A model generated the notes under the pieces. The model was not told the DNA's origin and ran no database searches. It saw only the letters and a list, made by a program, of their open reading frames with translations. A program made the position numbers and the translations under genes. Shown here in pieces: positions 9,304 through 18,721 of a stretch of 64,000 nucleotides of DNA. The stretch is taken from the IMG/VR virus record IMGVR_UViG_3300047499_000163. One strand, written 5' to 3'. This DNA is from an uncultured virus (IMG/VR IMGVR_UViG_3300047499_000163) (taxonomy: Duplodnaviria; Heunggongvirae; Uroviricota; Caudoviricetes). Position 1 is the first letter of the stretch; every line of letters begins with the position of its first letter.

Positions 9304-9756
9304 GTGGACAAGAAGAAGCGGTGCACGGGGTGCGGTGAGCCGAAGCTGCCTGACGAGTTCCACTGGAAGAACAAAGAACGCGGAACCCGCCAGAGCCGCT
9401 GTAAAGCGTGCGCTCGATTAGCCGTCAATCGCCACTTTCGCGAGAATCGTCCGAAGTATCGCGCGCGAAATCGTGACAGGAAAGCAGAGACCAGAAAGCT
9501 CTACTTCCAGTATCTATCAGAGCACGGATGCGTCGATTGTCCGGAGAAAGATCCGGTGGTGCTTGTTCCAGATCACGTGCGAGGTAAGAAAACAGCGGGC
9601 ATCAGCAGACTCATTCGGACTGGCACCGCTTGGGTTACAATCCTGGAAGAACTGGAAAAATGCGAAATCCGTTGTGCGAATTGTCACGCACGGAAGACCG
9701 CACGTGAACAGGGATGGCACAAATTAGCTGGGGCGCAGGGATTCGAACCCCGATAG
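9304..9756 (+). CDS. HNH endonuclease
   Basis: CVDC...DHVRG.K...KCEIRCANCH; runs into tRNA-Gln. Confidence 0.88.
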   Translation: MDKKKRCTGCGEPKLPDEFHWKNKERGTRQSRCKACARLAVNRHFRENRPKYRARNRDRKAETRKLYFQYLSEHGCVDCPEKDPVVLVPDHVRGKKTAGISRLIRTGTAWVTILEELEKCEIRCANCHARKTAREQGWHKLAGAQGFEPR

Positions 9757-9798
9757 ATGGCTCCAAAGACCATCGTCCTGCCATTAGACGACGCCCCA
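9728..9798 (-). tRNA. tRNA-Gln(TTG)
   Basis: Cloverleaf, loop CTTTGGA. Confidence 0.92.
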
Positions 9799-9801
9799 GT
9801 A

Positions 9802-10092
9802 TTACCTTTTCTTTTTCTTCGGCAGAAACGCGTAAACGATCCCGCAGTCTTCGCAGTGATACCCGCTGACGGTCATTGAATGACGCGTAGAACCTTCTCG
9901 GTTCTCGTGATGTTCGATGACCTTACCGTTGCAAACCACACAGCGGGCTTGCTCTTGCTCCTGCACCGGAGCCTTTGGGCGTTGCGACGGATACTTGATG
10001 GCATTTTGACTGTGCCTCCGTGGAGGTTTGACCGGTTGCATCGCCGGCGTCGTGATGGACGGGGTCGGCGTCGGTCTGTCGCTCTTGGGCAT
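9802..10092 (-). CDS. small Zn-ribbon protein
   Basis: CVVC...CEDC. Confidence 0.6.
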   Translation of the reverse strand: MPKSDRPTPTPSITTPAMQPVKPPRRHSQNAIKYPSQRPKAPVQEQEQARCVVCNGKVIEHHENREGSTRHSMTVSGYHCEDCGIVYAFLPKKKKR

Positions 10093-10115
10093 ACTGGTCA
10101 GGATAATAAGAATTG

Positions 10116-10196
10116 TGGCAGGTGAGAGAATCGAACTCTCGCTGGCTTTCGCCCGCGGCATATGAAACCGCTGCTCTTCCTCTGAGCGAACCTGCC
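10116..10196 (-). tRNA. tRNA-Met/Ile2(CAT) with extra variable hairpin
   Basis: Loop TTCATAT; variable arm GGC-GAAA-GCC. Confidence 0.82.
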
Positions 10197-10197
10197 G

Positions 10198-10291
10198 TGG
10201 TGGAGCTGACGGGACTCGAACCCGTACGGGCGCTCGCGCACCCCGCCTTGGCTATCTGCCTTCGTCCACTTCCTTTGCGGATCACAGCCCC
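10198..10291 (-). ncRNA. Ala-acceptor tRNA-like RNA
   Basis: GGGGCTG/CAGCTCC-A-CCA with G3:U70 and a T-arm; no canonical D or anticodon arm. Confidence 0.7.
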
Positions 10292-10295
10292 GTAG

Positions 10296-10568
10296 TGCCT
10301 CGAGAGGGATTCGAACCCTCGCGGTGCAGATAAAGTGACTTGTTAGGAAACGCGCTTCCCTCCCTCGGCAGTTGTGGCCAGGTCCTCGAGAGTTACCTCG
10401 CGAGTTTCGGTGCATCCGCAACCTTTGTCACAACACACCGCGGGACTGACTTTGGTCGGCTGAACGCCTCCTCCGTCTGAACGTCCCACAGCTCGTTCTT
10501 GCACCCCACGACTTGTTCGTGGTTATCGGTTCCGTTTTTCCGACGCTCTTCCGCTGAGCTACCGAGGC
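10296..10568 (-). ncRNA. tRNA-like RNA with about 200-nt insertion
   Basis: 5' half GCCTCGG-TAGCTCAGCGGAAGAGC pairs with 3' half GAGGGTTCGAATCCCTC-TCGAGGC-A. Confidence 0.72.
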
Positions 10569-10945
10569 GTCATCCCGAGAAGTTGCCTGATAAGCTGATC
10601 GGCCTTGCCATCCAGCACCTCGTTCTTGCCGAAGTGATGGTTGGCGCCAAGGTTCATAAGGATGGTGTTGTTCTCCGAAATTCCGGAGAAAGTCAGGATC
10701 GGCTGCTGATGTCCGTTGGCGCGCATCCACTTCACGAGGTCGGCGCCGTTGCCGTACGGCATGTCGTGGTCGAGGATGACGAGGTCAACCTTGCGCCACC
10801 CGAAGACTCCAGCCGCGTGCATTCCGCCCGGAATGAAGCTGAACTCCACCTCGCCCTGAGGGTCGAACGTTGAGGCGAAATGCGCGGCGATCAGAGCCTG
10901 ATTGGCCAAATCGTCCTCGCAAACGAGAACGTGCTTGGTGGGCAT
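10559..10945 (-). CDS. single-domain response regulator receiver
   Basis: VLVCEDD...DLVILDHDMPYGNG...T...K. Confidence 0.85.
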   Translation of the reverse strand: MPTKHVLVCEDDLANQALIAAHFASTFDPQGEVEFSFIPGGMHAAGVFGWRKVDLVILDHDMPYGNGADLVKWMRANGHQQPILTFSGISENNTILMNLGANHHFGKNEVLDGKADQLIRQLLGMTPR

Positions 10946-10990
10946 CTGTCGCCGGTTCCAATGTCTGGCTTCGAATGACATGCCAAACGG

Positions 10991-11062
10991 TACCCTCGGA
11001 GGGATTCGAACCCCCGACACTCGGTTTCGAAAACCGGCACTCTTCCGCTGAGTTACGAGGGC
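10991..11062 (-). tRNA. tRNA-Arg(TCG)
   Basis: Cloverleaf, loop TTTCGAA. Confidence 0.85.
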
Positions 11063-11286
11063 ATGAGTGGCTTCAGAGTACCATCCGAATTCTTCATCCG
11101 TTCTAGGCACTCTGTGTAGTTGGCGCATCTCAGAAAGTTGCCTTTACCGATCCTCGGATCGATCTTGGACAACTCTGGATGGTTGCTGTCAGTCACCAAC
11201 TCATCCGGGACTGCCAGAAGAGTCAAGCCTGACACGTTCTTCGTGCTCGGGTACGACTGCTGGCACAGACGGCACTTGAAGTCCAT
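11053..11286 (-). CDS. small Cys-containing hypothetical protein
   Basis: MDFKCRLC... Confidence 0.55.
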   Translation of the reverse strand: MDFKCRLCQQSYPSTKNVSGLTLLAVPDELVTDSNHPELSKIDPRIGKGNFLRCANYTECLERMKNSDGTLKPLMPS

Positions 11287-11782
11287 GTGGACCAAGTACA
11301 ACCGAGTAATCCTCACCTTCGGTACCCTCGGCCGGACTCGAACCGACGTGACCCAGCTCCGGAGGCTGGTGCCTTTCCACTAGGCTACGAGGGCATTGTC
11401 TCGAATGCGTTCTTTCTGCGTGACAGTTGAAACAAACGACTTCGCATTTCGCGATTTCGTCTAGGACTGCTTGTTTCGAAGCGCACAGCGCTTTCATACT
11501 GCTCAGTTCGAAGCGCTTCTTCTTGCCGGGCAGGTGATCAAAGGTCATGACCCAAGAAGGATACGGGATCTTGCAATCCGTACATGGTCGGTTCTTGGCC
11601 TCGCGGATCATGGCCTGAATCTCGACCCTGCGAGCCTTTGCCTTATCTACATAGTATTGGGTATTCGCCTCATAGTGCTCGGCGACCATTTGCCTGCGGC
11701 AAGCTCTGCACTCGCTCTGCAAACCATTTCTTTTCTTGCCGAACTTCTTCTGGTCTGTCTCGCCACATCTGCATCGTTTCAT
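11201..11782 (-). CDS. HNH endonuclease reading through tRNA-Arg(CCG)
   Basis: PCTDC...MTFDHL...KCEVVCFNCH. Confidence 0.85.
   Translation of the reverse strand: MKRCRCGETDQKKFGKKRNGLQSECRACRRQMVAEHYEANTQYYVDKAKARRVEIQAMIREAKNRPCTDCKIPYPSWVMTFDHLPGKKKRFELSSMKALCASKQAVLDEIAKCEVVCFNCHAERTHSRQCPRSLVERHQPPELGHVGSSPAEGTEGEDYSVVLGPHGLQVPSVPAVVPEHEERVRLDSSGSPG
11323..11394 (-). tRNA. tRNA-Arg(CCG)
   Basis: Cloverleaf, loop CTCCGGA. Confidence 0.9.
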
Positions 11783-11835
11783 CTCCGAACTTTACCGGAG
11801 ATTCGGAGGCCTACGTGGGGATTGTATTCTGAGCC

Positions 11836-12288
11836 GTGTACGAAACTCAAAGACTGACACAGGCCAAAGACCGCGTCTCTGAACTCAACGCCCGGTTCCG
11901 ATTCGAGCCGGTGAAGAATCCGTTGCAAGAGCGCGTCAAGGAGTATGACTGCCTCGTTGAGGCGAATGTCTGGCGCACGGATGGACGCATCGTGCAAGAC
12001 GAACGAGTCGTCCGTCCAGTCATCATGCTGCGTGCCCTCCGGGACCCTGTGTTTTATTGGGGAGAGAAGCACGTCATCGATTCGCTAGTGCACAAGCATC
12101 GCCAGATTCGCTTGTACAAATTCTTCGATACGGAGCGCGCTCGAGAGGGCTGCAAGAAGATCAACGACTATATCGCTCTTCTCATCGCCCCGAACCAGCG
12201 CGTCTGGATTCAGAGCCATGACCTAGCGGCCCGAATGATGAAGGAGGCGGCGGACTTTCTCGCAGTCAACTACGTGATGACTAGTTGA
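11836..12288 (+). CDS. hypothetical protein
   Basis: 150 aa; ends AVNYVMTS. Confidence 0.65.
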   Translation: MYETQRLTQAKDRVSELNARFRFEPVKNPLQERVKEYDCLVEANVWRTDGRIVQDERVVRPVIMLRALRDPVFYWGEKHVIDSLVHKHRQIRLYKFFDTERAREGCKKINDYIALLIAPNQRVWIQSHDLAARMMKEAADFLAVNYVMTS

Positions 12289-12357
12289 GGTCCTCTGCGC
12301 GGCATCGAAACCAGGCTATCGGCACCTGCTCGGCACCAACCTGGCTCCTTGGATCAG

Positions 12358-12594
12358 TTACGTTTCGTCAGGAAACTTCCAGAAGTTGCCAGGCGCCTGG
12401 ACAACCGAGCCGTGGCTGCAAGAGCCGCGGCGTTCGATCTGCTGGCCGTACTGGTCCTTCCTGTCTGCATCGTCCACGACGAAGAGGAGGTTGCAGCACG
12501 TCTCTCCCCACCAATTGGTGACGAGAGCGTTGTGCTTCTTACCCCACTCGTCGGTGTAGATGATAGAATCCCCAACTCGGCGCGTCCTTTCCAT
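12358..12594 (-). CDS. hypothetical phage protein
   Basis: 78 aa; VGDSIIY...ALVT..W...NL...PGNFW. Confidence 0.65.
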   Translation of the reverse strand: MERTRRVGDSIIYTDEWGKKHNALVTNWWGETCCNLLFVVDDADRKDQYGQQIERRGSCSHGSVVQAPGNFWKFPDET

Positions 12595-12662
12595 GATGCC
12601 TCTGCCTTCTGCGGCTTCGGTGCCGCGCAGAGGATCTGTACAGAAAGGACGCTACCGAAAGC

Positions 12663-14177
12663 TTAGCAGGGCTTGCCAGCGCGATAAAGCGCCTGCATGT
12701 ATGCCTCGCTCCGCACCGTGTACTCGACGCGCCAATCGTCGAAATCCGCGAAAGCTCCAGAGAAGACATAGGGAGTACCTCCGATGGAGAATCCAGTGCT
12801 GGCGCTCATGTCGATGTAGCCGTACCAGCTCGAGTCGTACAGAATGCGGTTGCCGTTGAGGTAAATGCTCACGGTGCCGTTGCTGCCAGAGAACACCCCG
12901 TTGCCGGTGAACGTGACTCCAACGTGGCACCACGCGTTGAGCGGAACCGGGTCACCGATGCACTTGATGGTGATCTTGTTGCTTCCGCCTCCGCCTCCGA
13001 CGTTTGCCTGGGCATAGAGGTTTTGCGAGTTGTTGTCGAGCAACAGAGCCAGGGCGTCCGGAGCGTTCGTCGGGGAGACGCCGTTGCCCCACCAGAATGA
13101 GAAGATGCGTGGATACTGACCGCTCGGCGACACCGCGTTGAGCCGCATCCACCCGTGACAGCTAAGCGATGTGGTAACGATCGCGAGCGGGCCAGCGGAT
13201 GACGCCATGCCGGTGAATCCGAACGCGAACGTATCCTGGTAGCACGAGATGGCATTGCCGAAAATGCCGGTCCGGCCTGAACGAACAGACGAGTTGCCCG
13301 CCGTCGGTTGCGTTCCGTCCGGCAGAACGATGGGGTGCCCTTGGAGATTTCCTCCGGGGCCAAATGCCGAGTTGAAGAAAGTCGAAGCACCGACAGGCTC
13401 GTCGAACTTCCACCAGTAGGCGGTGTTCGGATCGGTTGCCGTCTGCTGATTGACGGGCGGACCTTGGGGTCCGGTTGCACCTTGGGGTCCGGTTGCACCT
13501 TGCGGACCCGCTCCGCCGAGGGGACCCGTTGAACCCTGAGGCCCAGTGGCTCCTTGAGGTCCAGTCTGGCCCTGAATGCCCTGGATGCCTTGGACGCCCT
13601 GTTGCCCCTGAGGACCGGTGTTTCCCCTGGGTCCCGTGGCGCCCGTGGCGCCTCGAGGACCCGTGAAGCCGGGCAGGCCCGGAGCACCACGCACGCCGGT
13701 CGCTCCTTGGGGTCCCGTGGGCCCTTGAATGCCGGTTGGGCCTGGAGGACCTCCGAACGGTCCGGTGACCCCCGTGACGCCTTGAGGGCCGACAGGACCG
13801 GTTGGTCCTGGAGGACCCTCGGGGCCCATCATGCCCGGAGCACCGGCTTTACCGGGAATCCCGGGCGGTCCCTGCGGCCCAACGAACTGCTGCGACGTGA
13901 CGGCAGTTCCGGTCTGGACGAAACGGACGGCGAACTGGTAGGTGTAGAGCCCCTGGAAGGGCACCGGGACTTGCGCGAGCGAGAGCTGGCCGATCTGGTA
14001 CTGCGTCGGATCGATCTGCAGCTGCGCGTAAATCTGATTGAAGTAGATCGGCTGCACCAACGTCGAAATCGGGTTGGGCAGGATCTGGTCGGAGTTGAGC
14101 AGGACCGACGCCGAGACCACATTGGCCTGGTCCGAGACCTGTCGGAGCACTCCGATGGTGATCGTCATGCCCCACAC
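12663..14177 (-). CDS. collagen-repeat plus LamG domain fibre protein
   Basis: Long GXY repeat; [25 protein letters not shown]. Confidence 0.85.
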   Translation of the reverse strand: MWGMTITIGVLRQVSDQANVVSASVLLNSDQILPNPISTLVQPIYFNQIYAQLQIDPTQYQIGQLSLAQVPVPFQGLYTYQFAVRFVQTGTAVTSQQFVGPQGPPGIPGKAGAPGMMGPEGPPGPTGPVGPQGVTGVTGPFGGPPGPTGIQGPTGPQGATGVRGAPGLPGFTGPRGATGATGPRGNTGPQGQQGVQGIQGIQGQTGPQGATGPQGSTGPLGGAGPQGATGPQGATGPQGPPVNQQTATDPNTAYWWKFDEPVGASTFFNSAFGPGGNLQGHPIVLPDGTQPTAGNSSVRSGRTGIFGNAISCYQDTFAFGFTGMASSAGPLAIVTTSLSCHGWMRLNAVSPSGQYPRIFSFWWGNGVSPTNAPDALALLLDNNSQNLYAQANVGGGGGSNKITIKCIGDPVPLNAWCHVGVTFTGNGVFSGSNGTVSIYLNGNRILYDSSWYGYIDMSASTGFSIGGTPYVFSGAFADFDDWRVEYTVRSEAYMQALYRAGKPC

Positions 14178-14195
14178 TACCTACAAGACCCCTAG

Positions 14196-14269
14196 CACCC
14201 CTGGAAGGATTCGAACCCTCGTGCGTCCGCTTAGAAGGCGGCGGCCTATTCCACTCGAGCCACAGGGGC
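14196..14269 (-). tRNA. tRNA-Arg(TCT)
   Basis: Cloverleaf, loop CTTCTAA. Confidence 0.9.
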
Positions 14270-14301
14270 AAATCGGTCGTTCTCGGGCATACTTTCTCCG
14301 C

Positions 14302-14613
14302 ATGCCGAAGCCGAAGCAGACGGGCAAGCACCGGTTCGCGCCCAGTCGTCGTCCGGTCACCTACGAAAGCACGGAGCAGGCAGACGGCCAGCATCGCGTC
14401 GATGTGAACGGAACGACCAAAACGTTCAAGTTTCGATTTGTCTGCGGTCGATGTCTCGCGGAGGCGGAGGTAATTCGCGATTCGAAGCATCTCAGAGATG
14501 CCCAGCTCGGCGACTACCGTAACATCTCACCGCCGAAGCGTGCCGAGCTTTATCGGCTCGGGATTGCAACCTGCAATCGCCAGCGGGCAGTCCGAGAGGT
14601 CATGGAGTCGTAG
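14302..14613 (+). CDS. hypothetical protein
   Basis: CGRC; ends AVREVMES. Confidence 0.65.
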   Translation: MPKPKQTGKHRFAPSRRPVTYESTEQADGQHRVDVNGTTKTFKFRFVCGRCLAEAEVIRDSKHLRDAQLGDYRNISPPKRAELYRLGIATCNRQRAVREVMES

Positions 14614-14686
14614 AGGCGCAGACGGGAATTGAACCCGTGCGTGTCAGTTTTGCAAACTGATGCCTTACCAGCTTGGCTACTGCGCC
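14614..14686 (-). tRNA. tRNA-Cys(GCA)
   Basis: Cloverleaf, loop TTGCAAA, U73. Confidence 0.92.
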
Positions 14687-14789
14687 AGAAAAGTCGGTCG
14701 GTGACTGGAGGGTGCGACATGGACGGCCGCCTCGAACGGACCCACGTAATTCATCCTCTCGGGACTCGAGGAGCCCTGTCACTGACCGG

Positions 14790-14861
14790 AGCGGGTGGCG
14801 GGATTCGAACCCGCGTATGCTAGCTTGGAAGGCTAGCGCCTTACCACTTGGCGACACCCGC
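14790..14861 (-). tRNA. tRNA-Gly(TCC)
   Basis: Cloverleaf, loop CTTCCAA. Confidence 0.92.
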
Positions 14862-14866
14862 AGAAA

Positions 14867-14960
14867 GCCCTCCCTGGTGATCAGTTATTCCCCGGCATGG
14901 GACCACTCCGCGGCGGCCGGGCCAGATGTTGGCTGCAAAGGAGGGCGTTGCCAACCCACG
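14867..14960 (-). ncRNA. pseudoknotted inter-tRNA RNA, copy 1
   Basis: Homologous to 27691-27782 with compensatory base changes. Confidence 0.65.
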
Positions 14961-14962
14961 GG

Positions 14963-15034
<72 letters not shown>

Positions 15035-15035
15035 A

Positions 15036-15320
15036 TCAGAACGTAACGAACATGTGGATAAGAAAACCCACAAGGGTGAAGAACGCTGGCGAGAGTGCTT
15101 CCTCGACGACGTTCTGGAATGTGATGGCGCGCACTGCTTCCACTTTGTGGAACAGCATGCAGAAAATGCACACGAGGCCGAAAGCTATTCCGTAGTGAAG
15201 CTCCGCGGCGTGCATCGCCGGCGGCATGAACCAACCCCACAGGAACTTCAGCGCCACGCCGTAGAAGGCGATGTGGACCGCGTGCCAGAAGAACGCGTTC
15301 GCTGCTTTGTTGGTATCCAT
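15036..15320 (-). CDS. small membrane protein
   Basis: Three hydrophobic segments; SD GGAGG. Confidence 0.65.
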   Translation of the reverse strand: MDTNKAANAFFWHAVHIAFYGVALKFLWGWFMPPAMHAAELHYGIAFGLVCIFCMLFHKVEAVRAITFQNVVEEALSPAFFTLVGFLIHMFVTF

Positions 15321-15358
15321 GGTATACCTCCGGAAAGGTAGTGCCATAGGATTTCTAG

Positions 15359-15431
15359 TGGACCCCACCGGGATCGAACCGGTGACCTCCGGCTTGCAAA
15401 GCCAGCGCTCTCCCAACTGAGCTAGGAGCCC
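15359..15431 (-). tRNA. tRNA-Ala(TGC)
   Basis: Cloverleaf, loop TTTGCAA, G3:U70. Confidence 0.9.
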
Positions 15432-15539
15432 ATGCGTTCCCTCGCGGGAACGATCACCCACATTACTGTGGGCTGCCTCAGGAATTGAACCCGATCCGGA
15501 TTTTGAAGGAACCCGTCCCGCAACCAGCGGGGGCAAGCT

Positions 15540-16038
15540 TTATGGGCAGATGGCTGGACGCCATGCCCGAATCTTGGCGACGGCTTCGTCTTGCGTCATC
15601 GTGCCGTTCTTGAGGCCGTATAAACCTCGTCTTCGACCTTGTCCTTCTCGTGCGCCTCGGCGAGCGGCTGGGGCCAGATGTTCCGCATGTCGTCGGAGCC
15701 GCCCGCGTTGAGCGGGAAGAAATGGTCGAACTCGTACTTGCTATAGTCGCTCTTGGGGATCCGTAAAGAGCTGCGACCTTGTCCTTCTCGGACATTGAGA
15801 CGTCGCGTGCACAGTACGCGATGTTGCTTGAATACCGCAGTTCCTTGAAGTTCGGGTCCTGCCTCGAACAGAGCAAGCCGGGAGTCCACTCGGGATTTGG
15901 CAGATGCCAAAGCCCACTTGCGTCTCTGCAGCCCGCGGACGCTTCGACGGTTGCCGGCGCGTTTACGGCGTCGGACCGCCTCGGGGAACTCGGGCATGCA
16001 GAGAGCAAGGGGAGGAGGAGAACGAGCAAGTATCGCAT
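15540..16038 (-). CDS. lipoprotein with HNH-like domain (frameshifted)
   Basis: Lipobox LSAC; YEFDHFFPL.AGGSDD..NIWPQP...KD.VE in another frame; end approximate. Confidence 0.6.
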
Positions 16039-16970
16039 CAGTCAGCGAACCCACAAGAAGCCAGGTGGGTCACACCCTTCTGCGTTACCGTACGCCCGCT
16101 CTGTTCGCGCTCGACGAAGCCCTGGGCCAGCAGGAACGGCTCGACGCCGTCCTCGATGGTCTCCACTGCCTCTCCGAGCTGGGCGGCGACTGCCTGCAGG
16201 CCGACTGCCCGGCCCTTCTGAGCCAGGAGACGGAGCACGCGACGTGCGAGCGGATCGAGACCCGCCGAGTCAATGCCGAGCTGCTTGCAGACGCCCAGCA
16301 CGAACTGATGACCGACGAAGTCAGCACCGCCGGCTGCGAGGAAGAAATCGCGCACCCGGCGCATGATGCGCAGAGCGATGCGCGGCGTCTGCTGCGATCG
16401 GCCCGCGATCTCCTGCGCGGCCTCGGGCGAGAGCGTGAGCTGCATCTTGCTCGCAGCCCGCTTGACGATGGATGCCAGCTCCGCGACCGAGTAGGGCCGC
16501 AGCTCCAGCACGTCACCGAAGCGCTCGCGCATGGGCTTGCTGAGCTTGCCCTGGTGCGTCGTCGCGCCGATGACCGTGAACGCCTCGAGCTTCACGCCGT
16601 CGAGGACGCCGTCTTCCATCACCGTGTAGAGCATCTCCTGCATCGGGCGCTTGAGGGCATGGATCTCGTCGATGAAGAGCACGCCGTTGCGCTCGCACGA
16701 GAAGATGGCGATCTTCAGCTCGTTCTTGTTCTTGATGCTCGCCGCGTTGAGCGACACGAGAGCGCCCGCCATTTCGGCGGCCACTGCGCCCGCGAGGGTC
16801 GTCTTGCCGAGACCGGCCGGACCGCAGAACAGCAGGTGCTCGACCGGCTCACGCCGCGAGCGGGCCGAGGCCACGTAGACCTGCAGGCGCTGCCGCACGT
16901 TCTCCTGGCCAAGGCACTCGGCGAGGCTCTGCGGGCGGAACGTCCTGTCCAGTTTGTCCGTCGTCTCCAT
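16038..16970 (-). CDS. ruvB: Holliday junction branch-migration ATPase
   Basis: RP..L....GQ, GPAGLGKTTLA, FIDEIH, LY..MED, GATT, TPRIA, VEPFL. Confidence 0.92.
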   Translation of the reverse strand: METTDKLDRTFRPQSLAECLGQENVRQRLQVYVASARSRREPVEHLLFCGPAGLGKTTLAGAVAAEMAGALVSLNAASIKNKNELKIAIFSCERNGVLFIDEIHALKRPMQEMLYTVMEDGVLDGVKLEAFTVIGATTHQGKLSKPMRERFGDVLELRPYSVAELASIVKRAASKMQLTLSPEAAQEIAGRSQQTPRIALRIMRRVRDFFLAAGGADFVGHQFVLGVCKQLGIDSAGLDPLARRVLRLLAQKGRAVGLQAVAAQLGEAVETIEDGVEPFLLAQGFVEREQSGRTVTQKGVTHLASCGFAD

Positions 16971-16999
16971 ATTGGGGAGTACGTCAGTCCAATTGGAGT

Positions 17000-17149
17000 T
17001 TACGCTCCCATCACCTCGGCGACGACGTATTCGTTCTCGGATATTTCACGAGTCTCGTCGAAATCCGTCGGGTCCTCGTTCACCATGGGCGCTCGGTGCT
17101 CCTGACATCTCGCCTCGAGGAGATACTCTCCTTCAGGGAGAGGATGCAT
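17000..17149 (-). CDS. small hypothetical protein (start uncertain)
   Basis: Ends VVAEVMGA. Confidence 0.45.
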   Translation of the reverse strand: MHPLPEGEYLLEARCQEHRAPMVNEDPTDFDETREISENEYVVAEVMGA

Positions 17150-17219
17150 CAGGAACTGCACTGCTGGCCTCTGGCAGAGCAGCCGGTAGGTGCAAAGAAC
17201 CACGCTCGACGATACATGT

Positions 17220-17330
17220 GGAGCTGACCGGGCTCGAACCGGCAACCGGGCCGTCTCTGACCCAGCTCTACCCTCGCAGGTTACGTTCGCGACCTTGGCC
17301 CGCGAGACTCGCGTTTGAGACTTACAGCCC
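17220..17330 (-). ncRNA. second Ala-acceptor tRNA-like RNA
   Basis: GGGGCTG/CAGCTCC-A, T-arm GCCGG-TTCGAGC-CCGGT, atypical core. Confidence 0.65.
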
Positions 17331-17697
17331 CGTCTACGAATTTCACTTTCTTCCAGTATCGCTTACGTTTTTGCGATCCGTCGTACGGCGGGTGAATAGG
17401 CATTTCCCCGCGACCGGCGTGAACAACCCACTGGCGCTCAATTTCCTTCTCGGCCTTGTGCTTCTCGATATCTCTCCTAAAGCTGGACTCGGCCAAAGGA
17501 CCGATGGTGAAGACCAAAATGAAGAAGGCCATCGCGAAAGGCCAAAGAACCGCCACAACAAGAAGCCATTGCGTAGCCTTGGGATTGAACAATCCACCCA
17601 ATGGCCAAAACTTGACATGGAGCCACGCGGCGAACATGAGTAGTCCAGCGAAGCCGGCTAAATAGATCGTCGCGAGAATCACGGGATCAGGTCCCAA
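17281..17697 (-). CDS. membrane protein
   Basis: Two TM segments; LWPF motif. Confidence 0.55.
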   Translation of the reverse strand: MGPDPVILATIYLAGFAGLLMFAAWLHVKFWPLGGLFNPKATQWLLVVAVLWPFAMAFFILVFTIGPLAESSFRRDIEKHKAEKEIERQWVVHAGRGEMPIHPPYDGSQKRKRYWKKVKFVDGAVSLKRESRGPRSRT

Positions 17698-18305
17698 CGC
17701 TCGGCAGCTTCAGGCGATATTGTCACGCTGGCGCTGTTTTGTTGCTTGCTGTATTCGAACACATAAGCCGTGTCCGTGAACAGATCGTATCCGACAATCA
17801 CGTCACATTCATTTGACGTATATTTCCTTTTTCCAGAGTGGCCAACAAAGCACCGGAGACTAATAATCGGCAGACCGTGATCATTAGAATCGTTTACCGA
17901 TCGAACTTGAAGTCGACTCAACTTGAAAGTCCTTGGGTTACCCACAAGCCAATCGACGTGATCTCCGTCAAAGACTGGACTGTGGATACTGAATCCATGC
18001 AATGCTAAACGGAACAAAACCGCGGATTCTGCAATTTGGCCTTTCCGGTCATTCGAAAGGTCTGTACCCGCGACCATGGCGTGGAATTTGGACTCTTTCC
18101 CTCGTTCCTTCTTGTTCCAACCACCGCGCTCTTTGCCATTCCGGCTCTGGCGCGTGAGCCTTTCTTGCGAAGTCAGTGGATGGTCACGAACCCAAAGAGA
18201 TGCAGTGCTCTTGGAGACCCTAAGACGAGTTGCTATGTCCTTGACCGAGAGTCGTTCGGTTAGACGCAACCTGACCGCTTCATCTTTCGAACTGATTACT
18301 TCCAT
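17679..18305 (-). CDS. HTH plus PD-(D/E)XK endonuclease
   Basis: IATRLRVSKSTASLWVR; KGQIAE...D.LV...LQVRS. Confidence 0.8.
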   Translation of the reverse strand: MEVISSKDEAVRLRLTERLSVKDIATRLRVSKSTASLWVRDHPLTSQERLTRQSRNGKERGGWNKKERGKESKFHAMVAGTDLSNDRKGQIAESAVLFRLALHGFSIHSPVFDGDHVDWLVGNPRTFKLSRLQVRSVNDSNDHGLPIISLRCFVGHSGKRKYTSNECDVIVGYDLFTDTAYVFEYSKQQNSASVTISPEAAERWDLIP

Positions 18306-18331
18306 ACTCGCTCATGAAATAAGCAGTCTAG

Positions 18332-18397
18332 TGGAGCTACAGGGATTCGAACCCTGGTCCATGCCATGGCAGTGTCTTCCCGCTGGACGATAGCCCC
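18332..18397 (-). pseudogene. tRNA-Ala(GGC) missing 3' anticodon-stem strand
   Basis: Intact acceptor, D and T arms; about 5-6 nt missing after loop ATGGCAT. Confidence 0.7.
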
Positions 18398-18412
18398 ATT
18401 TCATTATTACAC

Positions 18413-18489
18413 TGGTGGAATCGGCGAGAATCGAACTCGCGGCCCTCCTGCGTGCGAAACAGGCGCTCTCCCATCTGAGCTACGACCCA
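18413..18489 (-). tRNA. tRNA-Ala(CGC)
   Basis: Loop TTCGCAC, CCA; near-duplicate of 40852-40927. Confidence 0.85.
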
Positions 18490-18721
18490 TTACTTTCTCG
18501 GCTCCACGATGAATTTGGCGTTCGGATTCGGCCAAGGGACCGGTTCTCCACGTGGACCTTCATCCAGTATTCGGAAGTGCAGTAGTCGCACATTACTACC
18601 TTCTTGCCGTCTACCGTCACTATGTTCTCGTTTCCCGGGACGCCGCCTTTTGCACCATGACAGACCTGGCAAGCGTCGACTTCGTGGATTTCCCGCACGA
18701 TGTCGAGCTTCTCCTCATCGG

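Noticed and set aside
10198..10291. Complete tmRNA gene
   Set aside because: Only about 94 nt, with no tag reading frame or pseudoknots; kept as an Ala-acceptor mimic.
14690..14788. 6S or SRP RNA in hairpin-rich spacers (also 27485-27610, 39610-39716)
   Set aside because: They are structured but single-copy and lack the diagnostic motifs, so I cannot assign them without a covariance search.
15469..15540. Selenocysteine or UGA-suppressor tRNA (contains CTTCAAA)
   Set aside because: The stem register favours a TTC loop, the acceptor is poor and there is no long variable arm. It is best seen as a degenerate tRNA-like remnant. No sign of stop-codon recoding was seen.
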